Notes: generated by a model from the sequence alone, not told the origin. A stretch of DNA of 64,000 nt from Planctomycetota bacterium (GCA_044225365.1 JBGAIQ010000012.1:32001-96000); one strand, 5' to 3'. Positions 20,761-31,115 are shown, counted from the first letter of the stretch. Numbers and translations are program-made.

Positions 20761-21896
20761 TTGCCTTTTCGCTCGCGCTGCTCGGTCTCGGCATCGTCCT
20801 CGACGAAACGCCTTCCTCCCGCTTCGTCGTCGAGACGATCGCGGCGGATTCGGATTTCGAAGCGAGCGGCGTCGGCGACATCGACAAGGACGGGGATCTC
20901 GACATCGTGTGCGGCGATCGCTGGTACGCGGCGCCCGATTGGAAGCCGCACGGCATCGCCAAGATCGAGAAGCGCGATGGCTATCGCCTCGACTTCTCGA
21001 ACGTGCTGATGGACATCGACGGCGACGGCTACCTCGACATCGTGTCGTGCAATTGGCACGAGGCGTCCGTCCTGTGGCGACAGAACCCGGGAAAGGACGT
21101 GAGCACGAGCGACACGTGGGCGACTCACGTCATCGACAAACCCGGCAACATGGAGACCGCGATCGCGGTGGATGTCGATGGGGATGGCAAGCTCGACTTC
21201 TTGCCCGACGTCGCGCAGAAGACCGTGTGGTACCGCGTCGAGAACGGCACGCTCGTCCCGCACGAGATCTCCGCGACGGTCGGCGGGCACGGCATCGGCT
21301 TCGGCGACGTGAACGGTGATGGTCGGAGCGATGTGCTGAAGCCGACGGGATGGTTCGAAGCGCCCACCGATCGCATTCATGGCGAGTGGAAGCTCCACGC
21401 GGAATGGAGCCTTGGCGCCGTCGGGATCGGCATCCTCGTGAACGACTTCAACGGCGATGGCCTGTCCGACGTGTTCACTGCACTGGGCCACGATTACGGC
21501 ACGTTCTGGCTCGAGCAATCGAAGTCCGAACCGAAGTGGATTCGCCACGACATCGACAAGGACTGGTCGCAGGGCCACGCGCTGCGGCTCGTCGATCTCG
21601 ACGGCGATCGTCAAATGGAAGTTCTCACGGGCAAGCGGAAGTACGCGCACGAAACCGATCCGGGTGCCGAGGACGATCTCGTCGTCTTCTCGTACGCCTT
21701 CGACCGCTCGAAGAGCACGTTTCGACGTGACACGATCGTTCGCGGCAAGTCGGTTGGACTCGGCCTCGAGCCGACGATCGTCGATATCGATCGCGACGGC
21801 GATCTCGACATCGTCGCACCGGGGAAGAGTGGGCTGTACTGTTTGATCGCCAAGTCGCAGGATTCGACGAAACCGGCCAAGGTAGGGGGATCATGA
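20757..21896 (+). CDS. FG-GAP/VCBS repeat beta-propeller protein
   Basis: ATG 20757 overlapping the upstream TGA; about seven DxDxDGxxD repeats (DIDKDGDLD, DIDGDGYLD, DVDGDGKLD and others). Confidence 0.9.
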   Translation: MIAFSLALLGLGIVLDETPSSRFVVETIAADSDFEASGVGDIDKDGDLDIVCGDRWYAAPDWKPHGIAKIEKRDGYRLDFSNVLMDIDGDGYLDIVSCNWHEASVLWRQNPGKDVSTSDTWATHVIDKPGNMETAIAVDVDGDGKLDFLPDVAQKTVWYRVENGTLVPHEISATVGGHGIGFGDVNGDGRSDVLKPTGWFEAPTDRIHGEWKLHAEWSLGAVGIGILVNDFNGDGLSDVFTALGHDYGTFWLEQSKSEPKWIRHDIDKDWSQGHALRLVDLDGDRQMEVLTGKRKYAHETDPGAEDDLVVFSYAFDRSKSTFRRDTIVRGKSVGLGLEPTIVDIDRDGDLDIVAPGKSGLYCLIAKSQDSTKPAKVGGS

Positions 21897-24445
21897 ACTC
21901 GACGACTTCGATTGGAACACGTGTCCGCATTTCGGCGAGCCTTCTCGCGGGCGCATACGCTGTCTGCGCGGATGCGACGAGTGGTGAGTCGATCTATCCG
22001 GTAGACCACTATTCTGGAGCGGGGCTCGCGGTGGGGACCGCGGACTTGGACAACGACGGCGATCCCGATCTCGTCGGAGTCGGTGGTTCGGGGCTGACAT
22101 CGCTCAGGAACGATGGAAACAGCCACTTCACGCCCGTCTTCGCGTTGACCGATCAGTACTACGGCTCGATCGAGATCGCCCGGCTCGACGCCGATCCCTA
22201 TCCCGACGCGTTGATCCACACGTTCAACGAGATCATCGGGATTCGCGGCGACGGCGCGGGTGGCTTCCTTCCCGGAATCGTTCTGCTGGTGGGGACCGAC
22301 ACCGGAAATCCGAAGGCGGGCGACTTCAACGAAGACGGCAAGCAAGATTTCGTCGTGGGAACGATGACGGCGGGTTCAGGCCTTCGCGTCTTCTTCGGCA
22401 CGCCCGTCGGACCGGTCAATCCACCGGTCACCATTGCGGGTGGCGGCGGTGGCGCCGTGCATACCGAAGTCCGCGATTTCAATGGCGATGGCCATCTCGA
22501 TGTCATCGATGTCGGCCATTCGCTGAACCTCTGGCTCGGCGACGGCGCCGGACACTTCACGCTCACCTCGAACGTCCCGCTCGGTCTCGCGTCGCACGTT
22601 GCGGTCGCCGACCTCGATCAGGATGGCAAACTCGACGTGCTCCTCGACGCGCTACTCCTCGGGAACGCGGTGCAGTTCTTCAAGGGCAACGGGCTCGGTG
22701 GGTTCTTTCCGCCTCTCAGCACGTCGTTGCCGAACACGGCGACGTATCGTCCGGCGGACATCGACAATGACGGCAAGATCGACCTGGTAGCGGCCGACTC
22801 CGCATTCGTGAACGGCGTGCGCATTCATCGCTCGACGGGCCCCATGCAGTTCGCGACCGCAGTCGACATCCCGCTCGCGAAGTTCGTCGCCAGCGCATTT
22901 CCCACCGACGTGGATCTCGACGGAAGCGTGGATCTCGTCCTTGGGCTCGGTGTCGGTATCGCGGTTTCCCGCGGACGTGGAAACGGGGATTTCGATCACG
23001 ACGAGATCCTCGCCAAGCCATCGGTACTCCAGCTCGCAACCGGCGACGTGAACGACGACGGATACGACGATCTCGTCGCGACTCGCGTCGGAAGTCTGCT
23101 CGGCGTCAGCCTCGGCCAGGCGAACGGTTCGTTCGCGTCGTTCGTCGATCTCCCCGACGGAATCAACGTCGCCCTTTCGCTCGAACTCGGCGACCTCGAT
23201 CTCGACGGCGATCTCGACGCGGCGACTTCGTCCGGTTTCGGGCTGCATTCATTGCTCGGCGACGGCACCGGATCCTTCTCGCCGGGCGTGAGTCAGCTCG
23301 CCGGTACGATGGGTCTGAACGGATTTGGTCTCGCGGATCTCGATGCGGATGGTCGGCTCGATGTGGGGTTCTCCACGACCGACACCGCGGGTCATGCGAC
23401 GCTGTCTTCGGTCCAATACTCGAAGGGTCAGGCCGGTGCGTCCTTCTCGTTCCCGACGACCTTGTACACGAGCTCGCAACCGGGGACGAGTCTGCTGGTC
23501 GACGATCTGAATGGCGACGGCGCGGCCGATCTCGTATTCGCGCTGTCGACCGGACCCCTTCAATACCTTGCCTCCAATGGTACCGGCGGATTCCAGTCGG
23601 CGCAGTCGCTCGCGTTTCCCGGAGTGACCTTTCGTTCGATCACCGGCGGCGATTTGAATGCAGATGGTGTTCGCGACTTCGCGGGCTTCGACTCCGTGGG
23701 AGATGGCGTCCGAGTGTGTCTCGGCAACGGGACCGGCTTCGTTGCGGGTCCGGTGACGCCGTCGAGCTGGAATCCATCGGAGACGCTGTCGCTGCGCAGC
23801 GGCGATGCGGATGGCGACGGCCGTCTCGACGTCCTGTTGCTCGGTGATTTCGCGGGTTCGACCTCCAATGGCGTCGAGATCCTCCGCGGGAACGGAGCGG
23901 GCGCACTGCAGCCGCTGGATCGGTTCGATGCCGCGCTCAAGACTCACGCTGCGATCCTGCGTCCGTTCGACGCCGATCACGACGGCCGACTCGACGTTGC
24001 CTTCGCATCCTCGGCGTCGAACGGCGTGGAGATCCTGCGCGGCGCGCTTCCGGATTACTTCTCGTACTCCGGCGCCGGCTGCATCGGCAGCGGCGGATTC
24101 ACTCCGCGCTTGCGCCTCGATGGGGTCGCGACGCCCGGCGGCTCCGCGACGCTGTCGCTCGAGAACGCGAAGGGCGGGGCGACCGCGCTCCTCTTCAGCG
24201 GCGTGACGCCGGGCAACGTGCCGCTCCCCGGCGGTTGTCCGTTGCTCGTCTTCCCGCTGCTGCCGATCGTGTTCAACCTGCCGCTGTCGGGAACGCAACC
24301 CGGCGAGGGCAGCTTCCATCTCGGCGGACCGCTTCCTGGTTCCCTCGGTTCCGGATCGGTCTTCTATCTACAGGCGATCGTGATCGATCCGGGCGCGCCG
24401 TTCGGCTTCGCCGCGACGAATCGCGCGCAGATCAGCGTTCATTGA
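21893..24445 (+). CDS. Large FG-GAP repeat protein (double propeller) with conserved C-terminal domain
   Basis: Signal peptide then ESIYPV; about 14 D-x-N/D-x-DG-x-x-D repeats; C-terminal YSGAGCIGSGGFTPRL...QAIVIDPGAPFGFAATNRAQISVH. Confidence 0.9.
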   Translation: MNSTTSIGTRVRISASLLAGAYAVCADATSGESIYPVDHYSGAGLAVGTADLDNDGDPDLVGVGGSGLTSLRNDGNSHFTPVFALTDQYYGSIEIARLDADPYPDALIHTFNEIIGIRGDGAGGFLPGIVLLVGTDTGNPKAGDFNEDGKQDFVVGTMTAGSGLRVFFGTPVGPVNPPVTIAGGGGGAVHTEVRDFNGDGHLDVIDVGHSLNLWLGDGAGHFTLTSNVPLGLASHVAVADLDQDGKLDVLLDALLLGNAVQFFKGNGLGGFFPPLSTSLPNTATYRPADIDNDGKIDLVAADSAFVNGVRIHRSTGPMQFATAVDIPLAKFVASAFPTDVDLDGSVDLVLGLGVGIAVSRGRGNGDFDHDEILAKPSVLQLATGDVNDDGYDDLVATRVGSLLGVSLGQANGSFASFVDLPDGINVALSLELGDLDLDGDLDAATSSGFGLHSLLGDGTGSFSPGVSQLAGTMGLNGFGLADLDADGRLDVGFSTTDTAGHATLSSVQYSKGQAGASFSFPTTLYTSSQPGTSLLVDDLNGDGAADLVFALSTGPLQYLASNGTGGFQSAQSLAFPGVTFRSITGGDLNADGVRDFAGFDSVGDGVRVCLGNGTGFVAGPVTPSSWNPSETLSLRSGDADGDGRLDVLLLGDFAGSTSNGVEILRGNGAGALQPLDRFDAALKTHAAILRPFDADHDGRLDVAFASSASNGVEILRGALPDYFSYSGAGCIGSGGFTPRLRLDGVATPGGSATLSLENAKGGATALLFSGVTPGNVPLPGGCPLLVFPLLPIVFNLPLSGTQPGEGSFHLGGPLPGSLGSGSVFYLQAIVIDPGAPFGFAATNRAQISVH

Positions 24446-24447
24446 GC
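24089..24447 (+). repeat. ~360-bp direct repeat, copy 1 (C-terminal domain coding sequence)
   Basis: Aligns ungapped with 26682-27040; about 23 mismatches by manual count. Confidence 0.9.
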
Positions 24448-24497
24448 GGTTGGAGCGGCGCGCGTCTTGGACTCGCGCCCAAAGATGGTTCTCGCCC

Positions 24498-27038
24498 ATG
24501 AGTCGAATTCGAATCGATTCGGTCATCGTTTCCATCCTCGCCGCGATCCTGGCGCCGGCGACCTTCGCGGAATCGATCTACCCCGTGCCGTTCCATGCGG
24601 GACAAGGCACCGCGATCGCATCCATCGATCTCGACGGCGACGGCGACGTGGATCTCGCGACCGCTGGAGTGAATGGACTCCTGACGTTGACGAATGACGG
24701 CACCGGCAACTTCATTGCCGGGCCGAAGCAGACGAGCAATCTGAATCTCTTCACCGTCACCCTCGCAAAGCTGAACGCCGACAACGCTCCAGATGCACTC
24801 GTCCGGAATTTCACCTCGATCTTGGCCTATCCCGGGAACGGCGCGGGCGGTTTCCTGAATCCTCTCACGCTGCTCGTGGGGACGCAGTACGGGTCACCGC
24901 GGACCGGAGATTTCAACGAGGACGGTCGTACCGACGTCGTCGTCGGTCATTCAGCGGCCGGAGTCGGCCTCACGGTCTTCTTCTCGACCGCTGCGGGCCC
25001 GGTGAATCCACCCGTCGTGTTCCCTGGAGGCGGTGGTGGCGGTGGCCCGATGATCGTCTCCGACATCAACGGCGATGGTCATCTCGACGTGATCGACGTC
25101 GGAAACACCATCAACACCTGGCTCGGAGACGGATTCGGCCACTTCGTGAACACGTTCAACTCGGGCGCTTCCGGGACCGTGATCTACGCACTGCTCGTCG
25201 ATTTCGATCACGACGGGAAGCTCGATCTCCTCTACGAAGCGCTCACCGGCGGCACGAGTGAGCTGTTTCGGCGCGGGGATGGCGCCGGTGGATTCGCGCC
25301 CGCCATCGCGACTTCGATGGTGGCGATGCAGTACGTCGCCATCGATTTCGATCACGACGGCGTCACGGACCTCATCGGGATCGACACGAACAAGCCCGGC
25401 ATCGCGGAGCTGTTTCGCGCCGTAGGACCCGTTCAATTCGCGCCGGCGATCGATCTGCCGGTCGCGCAGAGTATTTCTTCCATCGCACCGATCGACGTCG
25501 ATGCCGACGGCAATCTCGATCTCGTGATCGCGATTCCGAACGGTGTCTGCGTGCTCCGCGCCAAGCCGAGCGGCGGATTCGTTTCGAACGAGTCCTTCGG
25601 TCCCATGAACGGCAAGAGCATTGCGACGGGCGATGTGAACGACGACGGATACGAGGATCTCGTCACCGTACAGGGCACGGTCCAGCTCGGAGTCAGCCTC
25701 GGTTCGAGCGGCGCACCTTTTCCTCCGTTCGTCTTCGGACCGACGGTTTCCATTTGGCCCGCGCTCTTTCTCGATCTCGGCGACCTCGATCTCGATGGCG
25801 ATCTCGACGCCGCCGTGATCGCGACCAACGAGCTCGATGTCCTTCACGGCGATGGCACCGGCGGTTTCTCGCTCGCGCAGGCGCAGACCCAATTCGGCCA
25901 GGTCTACTCGCTCCTCCATGCGCGGTTGATCGATTCCACCTCGGACGGCGTCCCGGACCTGACGTATGCCTATTCGATCAATGGCGGGCATGCGGGCTTC
26001 TTCTCGGGAGTCGTCCTCGCACGCGGAATCGCCGGCGGCACGCTTGGAGTCGCGACCCCGATCCTGACGGGAAGCCAGGAGTTCACGGACCTCCTCGTCT
26101 CCGATCTCAACGGGGACGGCGCGGCCGACTTCGTCGTCGCGCTCCCCAGCGGAACTCCGCTGTACGTCCGGACCGACGGGATCGGCGGATTCCTCGCGCC
26201 TCTGCCGATTCCCGTTTCGGGAGCTGCTGTACGCAAGATCGCGAGCGGCGACGTGAATGGCGATGGGAAGCAGGATCTCGTCTTCGCGAGCTCGAATCTC
26301 CCGCTCGGGCTGCTCACGATGCTCGGCACGGGATCGGGATTCGCGTTCGGTTCGATCACGGGCTTGCTGTCGTCGCCGAGCGGAAATCTGACTCTCGCCT
26401 GTGCCGATGTGAACGGGGACGCGAGGCTGGACGTCCTCGCTCTCGGAGACTACGGAACTCCGATTCTCGAGGTCCTGCGGGGGGATGGCGCTGGCAACTT
26501 CGCGGATTCCGTTCCCTTCGCGGTCGCCTCGAACGTGACCGCCTCGAGACTTCACGTGTTCGACGCGGAGCACGACGGTCGCGTCGACGTCGTGTTCGCG
26601 GCGCCCGCGAGCAGCCGCGTCGAGACCCTGCGCAATGCACTTCCCGACTTCTTCGACTACGCGGGTGCCGGCTGCGCGGGGAGCGGCGGATTCGTTCCGC
26701 GCTTGCGCCTCGATGGCGTCGCAACGCCCGGCGGCTCGGCGACGCTGTCGCTCGAGAACGCGAAGGGCGGGGCGACCGCGCTCCTCTTCACCGGCGTGAC
26801 GCCGGGCAACGTGCCGCTCCCCGGCGGTTGCCCGTTGCTCGTCTTCCCGCTACTGCCGATCGTGTTCAACCTGCCGCTGTCGGGAACGCAACCGGGCGAA
26901 GGCAGCTTCCATCTCGGCGGACCGCTGCCCGGCTCCCTCGGTTCGGGATCGGTTTACTACATGCAGGCGATCGTGATCGATCCGGGCGCGTCGTTCGGCT
27001 TCGCCGCGACGAATCGCGCGCAGATCAGCGTGTACTGA
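24498..27038 (+). CDS. Large FG-GAP repeat protein, tandem paralogue of 21893..24445
   Basis: ATG 24498; same architecture (ESIYPV, collinear repeats) and a near-identical C-terminal domain. Confidence 0.9.
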   Translation: MSRIRIDSVIVSILAAILAPATFAESIYPVPFHAGQGTAIASIDLDGDGDVDLATAGVNGLLTLTNDGTGNFIAGPKQTSNLNLFTVTLAKLNADNAPDALVRNFTSILAYPGNGAGGFLNPLTLLVGTQYGSPRTGDFNEDGRTDVVVGHSAAGVGLTVFFSTAAGPVNPPVVFPGGGGGGGPMIVSDINGDGHLDVIDVGNTINTWLGDGFGHFVNTFNSGASGTVIYALLVDFDHDGKLDLLYEALTGGTSELFRRGDGAGGFAPAIATSMVAMQYVAIDFDHDGVTDLIGIDTNKPGIAELFRAVGPVQFAPAIDLPVAQSISSIAPIDVDADGNLDLVIAIPNGVCVLRAKPSGGFVSNESFGPMNGKSIATGDVNDDGYEDLVTVQGTVQLGVSLGSSGAPFPPFVFGPTVSIWPALFLDLGDLDLDGDLDAAVIATNELDVLHGDGTGGFSLAQAQTQFGQVYSLLHARLIDSTSDGVPDLTYAYSINGGHAGFFSGVVLARGIAGGTLGVATPILTGSQEFTDLLVSDLNGDGAADFVVALPSGTPLYVRTDGIGGFLAPLPIPVSGAAVRKIASGDVNGDGKQDLVFASSNLPLGLLTMLGTGSGFAFGSITGLLSSPSGNLTLACADVNGDARLDVLALGDYGTPILEVLRGDGAGNFADSVPFAVASNVTASRLHVFDAEHDGRVDVVFAAPASSRVETLRNALPDFFDYAGAGCAGSGGFVPRLRLDGVATPGGSATLSLENAKGGATALLFTGVTPGNVPLPGGCPLLVFPLLPIVFNLPLSGTQPGEGSFHLGGPLPGSLGSGSVYYMQAIVIDPGASFGFAATNRAQISVY

Positions 27039-27040
27039 GC
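26682..27040 (+). repeat. ~360-bp direct repeat, copy 2
   Basis: Offset 2593 bp from copy 1. Confidence 0.9.
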
Positions 27041-27053
27041 CACCGGCTCGTAC

Positions 27054-28316
27054 TCAGAGCGGCGATGCGAAGAATCCGAGTCGGGTCTTCACCATGACAG
27101 CGGCGATGACGTTCTGCAGAATCACACCGACCGCCGTCGCGATCGCGGCGCCTTCGATTCCGTAACGCGGGGCGAGCACGACGTTCAGCCCGACATTGCA
27201 CACGAGCGCCCACACCACGCTGTTGCGAAACGCTCGTTCATGGCCGGACATCACGAGCAACAAGCCGACCGAGCCCGTTGCAACGTTGACGAGTTGGCCG
27301 ACGGCGAGGATGCGAAGGCAGTTGCCGCCCGCTTCGAAATCTCCGCCGAACAGATGGAGCACCGGGATCGGGAGGATGACGAAGGCGAGGAAGATCGGCA
27401 ACGCTTCGAGCGTCATCCGCTTCGTCGCACTTCGCGCGAGCGTCTCGATCGCCGCGCGATCGCCGCGCGTGTGGAGCGCGGCGAATTCGGGACCGAGGAT
27501 CGCATTGTGCCCGAGGAGGATGAGCTGCAGGAACATCGCGGCGGCTTGGCAGACGCCGTAGATGCCGACTTCGGAATCCGCGCGGAACTTGAAGAGGACG
27601 AGCGTCGGGATCGAGCTCTGGATGAGGTTCAGGACCGAGAGTTGGTAGAGCGGCGCATACGCCCGCGTGAGTTCACCGAAGTCGAATGGGCTCCTTCGCT
27701 TGTTCGGCATCCCACCGAAGGCTTCTCGCACCGCATAGATTCCGACGGCCGCTGCGAGGGCGTGGGCGAAGATCTGCGTGACGAGCGCGCTCGTGAGAGC
27801 GAATCGATCGAATGCACGTAACGCCAATGCGAGGAGGATCGCCACGAGAGGCACGGCGAGATTGATGAGGAACTGCGAGAGCGCAACTCGGCCGAGCCCG
27901 CGAAGGGTTTCGCCGTGGAGTCGATACAGCACGATCGGAGCGATGCAGAATGCCATGACGAAGATCGGCGTCGCGGCGGGGGGCTTCCTGAACCCGTGCT
28001 CGGCGAGCGGAACGGCGAGCACGGCGCAGATCGCGGTCCCGATGAGCGAGAGCACGATCGCGCGGCGGAACACCCGATCGTAGACGCCTCGCGCGCCTTC
28101 GAAGTCGCCGATCGCGATTCGCGAGGCCGTGAAGCGAACGGCCGCGAGTTCGAGTCCGCCGCGGCAGAGGATCGCCATCACGTTCGCCACCTGGAACGCG
28201 AGGAAGAACGTTCCGGTATCCGCAGCGCCGAGTCGACGTGCGAGGAGGAATTGGAAGACGAGTCCTAGAACTGCGCCGCCGAGGCGTTGAGAAACCGCGA
28301 GCGCGCTTCCCTTCAT
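27054..28316 (-). CDS. Polysaccharide flippase (Wzx/MOP superfamily)
   Basis: About 12 TM helices; LARRLGAADTG, VGIYG, NVATGSVGLLLVMSGHE, PRYGIEGAAIAT. Confidence 0.9.
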   Translation of the reverse strand: MKGSALAVSQRLGGAVLGLVFQFLLARRLGAADTGTFFLAFQVANVMAILCRGGLELAAVRFTASRIAIGDFEGARGVYDRVFRRAIVLSLIGTAICAVLAVPLAEHGFRKPPAATPIFVMAFCIAPIVLYRLHGETLRGLGRVALSQFLINLAVPLVAILLALALRAFDRFALTSALVTQIFAHALAAAVGIYAVREAFGGMPNKRRSPFDFGELTRAYAPLYQLSVLNLIQSSIPTLVLFKFRADSEVGIYGVCQAAAMFLQLILLGHNAILGPEFAALHTRGDRAAIETLARSATKRMTLEALPIFLAFVILPIPVLHLFGGDFEAGGNCLRILAVGQLVNVATGSVGLLLVMSGHERAFRNSVVWALVCNVGLNVVLAPRYGIEGAAIATAVGVILQNVIAAVMVKTRLGFFASPL

Positions 28317-28329
28317 CCGTCGTATCCGT

Positions 28330-28761
28330 TCAGGACGGCTCGATCGCGAGCGTCGCGAAGTAGCGACGGAGGCGATCTCGAATCTGGTCCCGCACTCGTC
28401 GAAACGAAGTGAGCCGTTCGTCGTCCGATCCCGTCTCCGCCGCGGGATCCGAATGCGGCCAATGCAGACGTTCGGCACTGCCGAGGAACACGGGACAGAC
28501 CTCTTCGGCGCAGAGCGTGATGACCGTCCGCACGCGGGCACTTTCGATGCTGTCGACGCTCTTGCTCGAATGACCGGAGATGTCGATGCCAATCTCGCGC
28601 AGAGCTTCGATCGCGAACGGGTTGACGCGACTCGGCATCGATCCCGCGCTCATCACCTCGACGCCGCGAGGAGCAAGGGTCCTTGCGATGCCTTCTGCCA
28701 TCTGACTGCGCGCCGAATTCGCGACGCACAGGAAGAGGATCACGTTGCGCTTCTCGCCCAT
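28330..28761 (-). CDS. arsC: Arsenate reductase, LMW-PTP/thioredoxin type
   Basis: [15 protein letters not shown] (CX5R), [26 protein letters not shown]. Confidence 0.88.
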   Translation of the reverse strand: MGEKRNVILFLCVANSARSQMAEGIARTLAPRGVEVMSAGSMPSRVNPFAIEALREIGIDISGHSSKSVDSIESARVRTVITLCAEEVCPVFLGSAERLHWPHSDPAAETGSDDERLTSFRRVRDQIRDRLRRYFATLAIEPS

Positions 28762-28768
28762 CTCTTCA

Positions 28769-29992
28769 TCAGCTCGCGTAGATCTGCAGATCGGTGCCGA
28801 CCGCGTCGGCCATCTCGCACGTCATCTTCAGGTCGGGGTGGCGCACCACGAGGAAACCATCGGACACGAGCGTCTGCTTCCAGTTTCGACGTTTCGTGCC
28901 GACCGGCTGCAGTTCGACGTGAGCGACGTGCGGGCCGTAACGGCGCATGATCGAGTCGAGCCCATCGATGCGGTGGATCGTTCCTTCGCCATTCGCCCGC
29001 TTGAAGATCATCGCCGCGTTGTAGGCGCGCTCGACGCGACCGCGCATTGCCCCGTAGGCGATGACCTCGGCCCAGCAGTGATAGAGATCGACATCGTGCG
29101 CCCAGTTCATGAGATCGACGGTTCGCGCTCCAGGGGGCCGCGCGCCGATCTCGCCGAACACCGCTTCGCCGTTCTCCTTCAGGAACCACTCCATGTGGGT
29201 GAATCCGTAGTCGAAGCCGAGCGCGTCGATGACCGCTTGGCCGAGCTTCCTCCCTACTTCGAGATGGGGAACATCGGGATCGCGCAGGATCACGGTCTGG
29301 GGGCTGATCCACTCGTTCTGTCGCGCAATGAGTGCGCGTGGGCGGTACCAGCAGATGTTGTGGAACTGGATCTTGCCCTTCGCCGTGATGGTATCGAAGG
29401 TGAACTCCTCACCCGTGATGAACTCCTCGACGCTGACCTCCGGGACATGGCGCGTGAGTTCGATCGCGCGCGCGAGTTCGGAGTCGTTGTCGCAGCGGTA
29501 GGTGTCGGCCGAGCCCGCACCCGCGATCGGTTTGATGATGATCGGGAAACCGATCTTCTTCGCGGCTTCCTCGACCTCGGACTTCGTACTCGCGCGATAG
29601 TGCTTCGGCGTGCGAATGCCCTTCTGGTCGAGCGCAGCCTTCATCGCTTCCTTGTCGCGGAAGAGGATCGTCTGCGCGATGTCCATTCCGGGCACCTTCA
29701 GGGCCTCGCGCAACTTCGCGGCGAGGATCATCGTGGGTTCCCAGAGCGATTCGATGCGGTCGAAGACGATGCCCTTGGTCTTCGCCTCGTTGACGACCTC
29801 GCGGATCACCGCGTCCTCGTCGAAGATCGAGCGGATCTGCAGGTACGCGGTGAGCGAGTGGCGAAGCGTCGGTTTGAACGAAGCGACGGTCTGCTCGCCG
29901 ACGCCGAACACCCGAACGCCGAGGTTGGCCAGCGCGATCGTGAAGCCGCTCATCTCGAGCGGGAAACCAGGCGAGAGCACGAGGACATTCAT
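28769..29992 (-). CDS. ATP-grasp domain protein
   Basis: AAGGA RBS before ATG 29992; [43 protein letters not shown]. Confidence 0.9.
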   Translation of the reverse strand: MNVLVLSPGFPLEMSGFTIALANLGVRVFGVGEQTVASFKPTLRHSLTAYLQIRSIFDEDAVIREVVNEAKTKGIVFDRIESLWEPTMILAAKLREALKVPGMDIAQTILFRDKEAMKAALDQKGIRTPKHYRASTKSEVEEAAKKIGFPIIIKPIAGAGSADTYRCDNDSELARAIELTRHVPEVSVEEFITGEEFTFDTITAKGKIQFHNICWYRPRALIARQNEWISPQTVILRDPDVPHLEVGRKLGQAVIDALGFDYGFTHMEWFLKENGEAVFGEIGARPPGARTVDLMNWAHDVDLYHCWAEVIAYGAMRGRVERAYNAAMIFKRANGEGTIHRIDGLDSIMRRYGPHVAHVELQPVGTKRRNWKQTLVSDGFLVVRHPDLKMTCEMADAVGTDLQIYAS

Positions 29993-30249
29993 GACCGGTT
30001 CCTTGTGGGCGCGTGACCGCCTCACTTTAGTGAAACCGATTCGATCTTTCTCCGTCGCGAATGCCCTCAATCCCACAGTGGGTTCGCCCGAAATGGAGTC
30101 TGCCAGGAGCTGCCTCGACAGCTCATCGACGAACGAACGGCGCCACGGAGACCGCAAGGCCGGGCAGATCCTCGCACGCTGAGCCTCCCCGATGACGTCC
30201 TGGATCCTCCGCGGTAGGCTGGTTGCGCCTGCCGCGGAGGTTCTTTTTC

Positions 30250-31095
30250 ATGCGCAAGCTGTTCCAGTTCGGGCTCATCGCCATCGCGGTCGCATCGTCG
30301 GCTCTTGCGGAAGGATTCAAGGTTCCGTGGCCGAGCCCTTCGGCGAAACTGACGCAGGCGATCGGGATCACCGAGATCTCGGTCAACTATCATCGTCCGG
30401 CGTTGAAGGGCCGCGACCTGGCGCAGGAACTGAAGAGCGCGGGCAAGATCGTCTGGCGCTTCGGCGCGAACGAAGCGACGCAGATCACATTCAGCGATCC
30501 TGTGACGTTCGGCGGCGAGGAGCTCGCCGCCGGGGAATACGGACTGTTCGCGATCCCGGAAGCCGACGAGTGGACGATCATCGTCAGCAAGCAATCGAAG
30601 ACCTGGGGCGCCTACGCCTACGACCCGAAGCAGGACGTGACCAGGATCTACGTGAAGCCGAAGAAGTGCGAAAGCGTCGAGTACCTGACCTTCGCGATCG
30701 ATCCCACTTCGGATCATTCGGCGCAGTTGAAGTTCGCATGGGGAACGGTCGCACTCGACATCCCGGTCGAGGTCGACGTCGACGGCCTGATGAAGAAGCA
30801 GATCGAGGAGCAGATCGCGACGCTCGCCGCGACCGATTGGGACACGCGACTCCAGATCGTGAAGTACTGGGTGAATCGCAAGGAGAATCTCGAGCGAGCG
30901 CTCACCCTTGCGGACGAAGGCGTGAAGATCGACAAGAACTGGTGGACGCTCGAATGGAAGGCGCGCACGCTCGACCTGCTCGGTCGCAGGAAGGAAGGGC
31001 TGCCGATCCTCGAGGAAGCACTCGTCGCCTCGCGCGGCAAGACGCCGATCGAGTATCAGAAGGGACTCGAGAAGATGATCGCGGAGTGGCGTTAG
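30250..31095 (+). CDS. DUF2911 domain secreted protein with C-terminal TPR-like helices
   Basis: PSPSAKLTQAIG, YHRPALKGR, VWRFGANEAT, AGEYGLFAIP, WGAYAYD. Confidence 0.9.
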   Translation: MRKLFQFGLIAIAVASSALAEGFKVPWPSPSAKLTQAIGITEISVNYHRPALKGRDLAQELKSAGKIVWRFGANEATQITFSDPVTFGGEELAAGEYGLFAIPEADEWTIIVSKQSKTWGAYAYDPKQDVTRIYVKPKKCESVEYLTFAIDPTSDHSAQLKFAWGTVALDIPVEVDVDGLMKKQIEEQIATLAATDWDTRLQIVKYWVNRKENLERALTLADEGVKIDKNWWTLEWKARTLDLLGRRKEGLPILEEALVASRGKTPIEYQKGLEKMIAEWR

Positions 31096-31115
31096 AGAAG
31101 GACGCCGGTGGAGAA

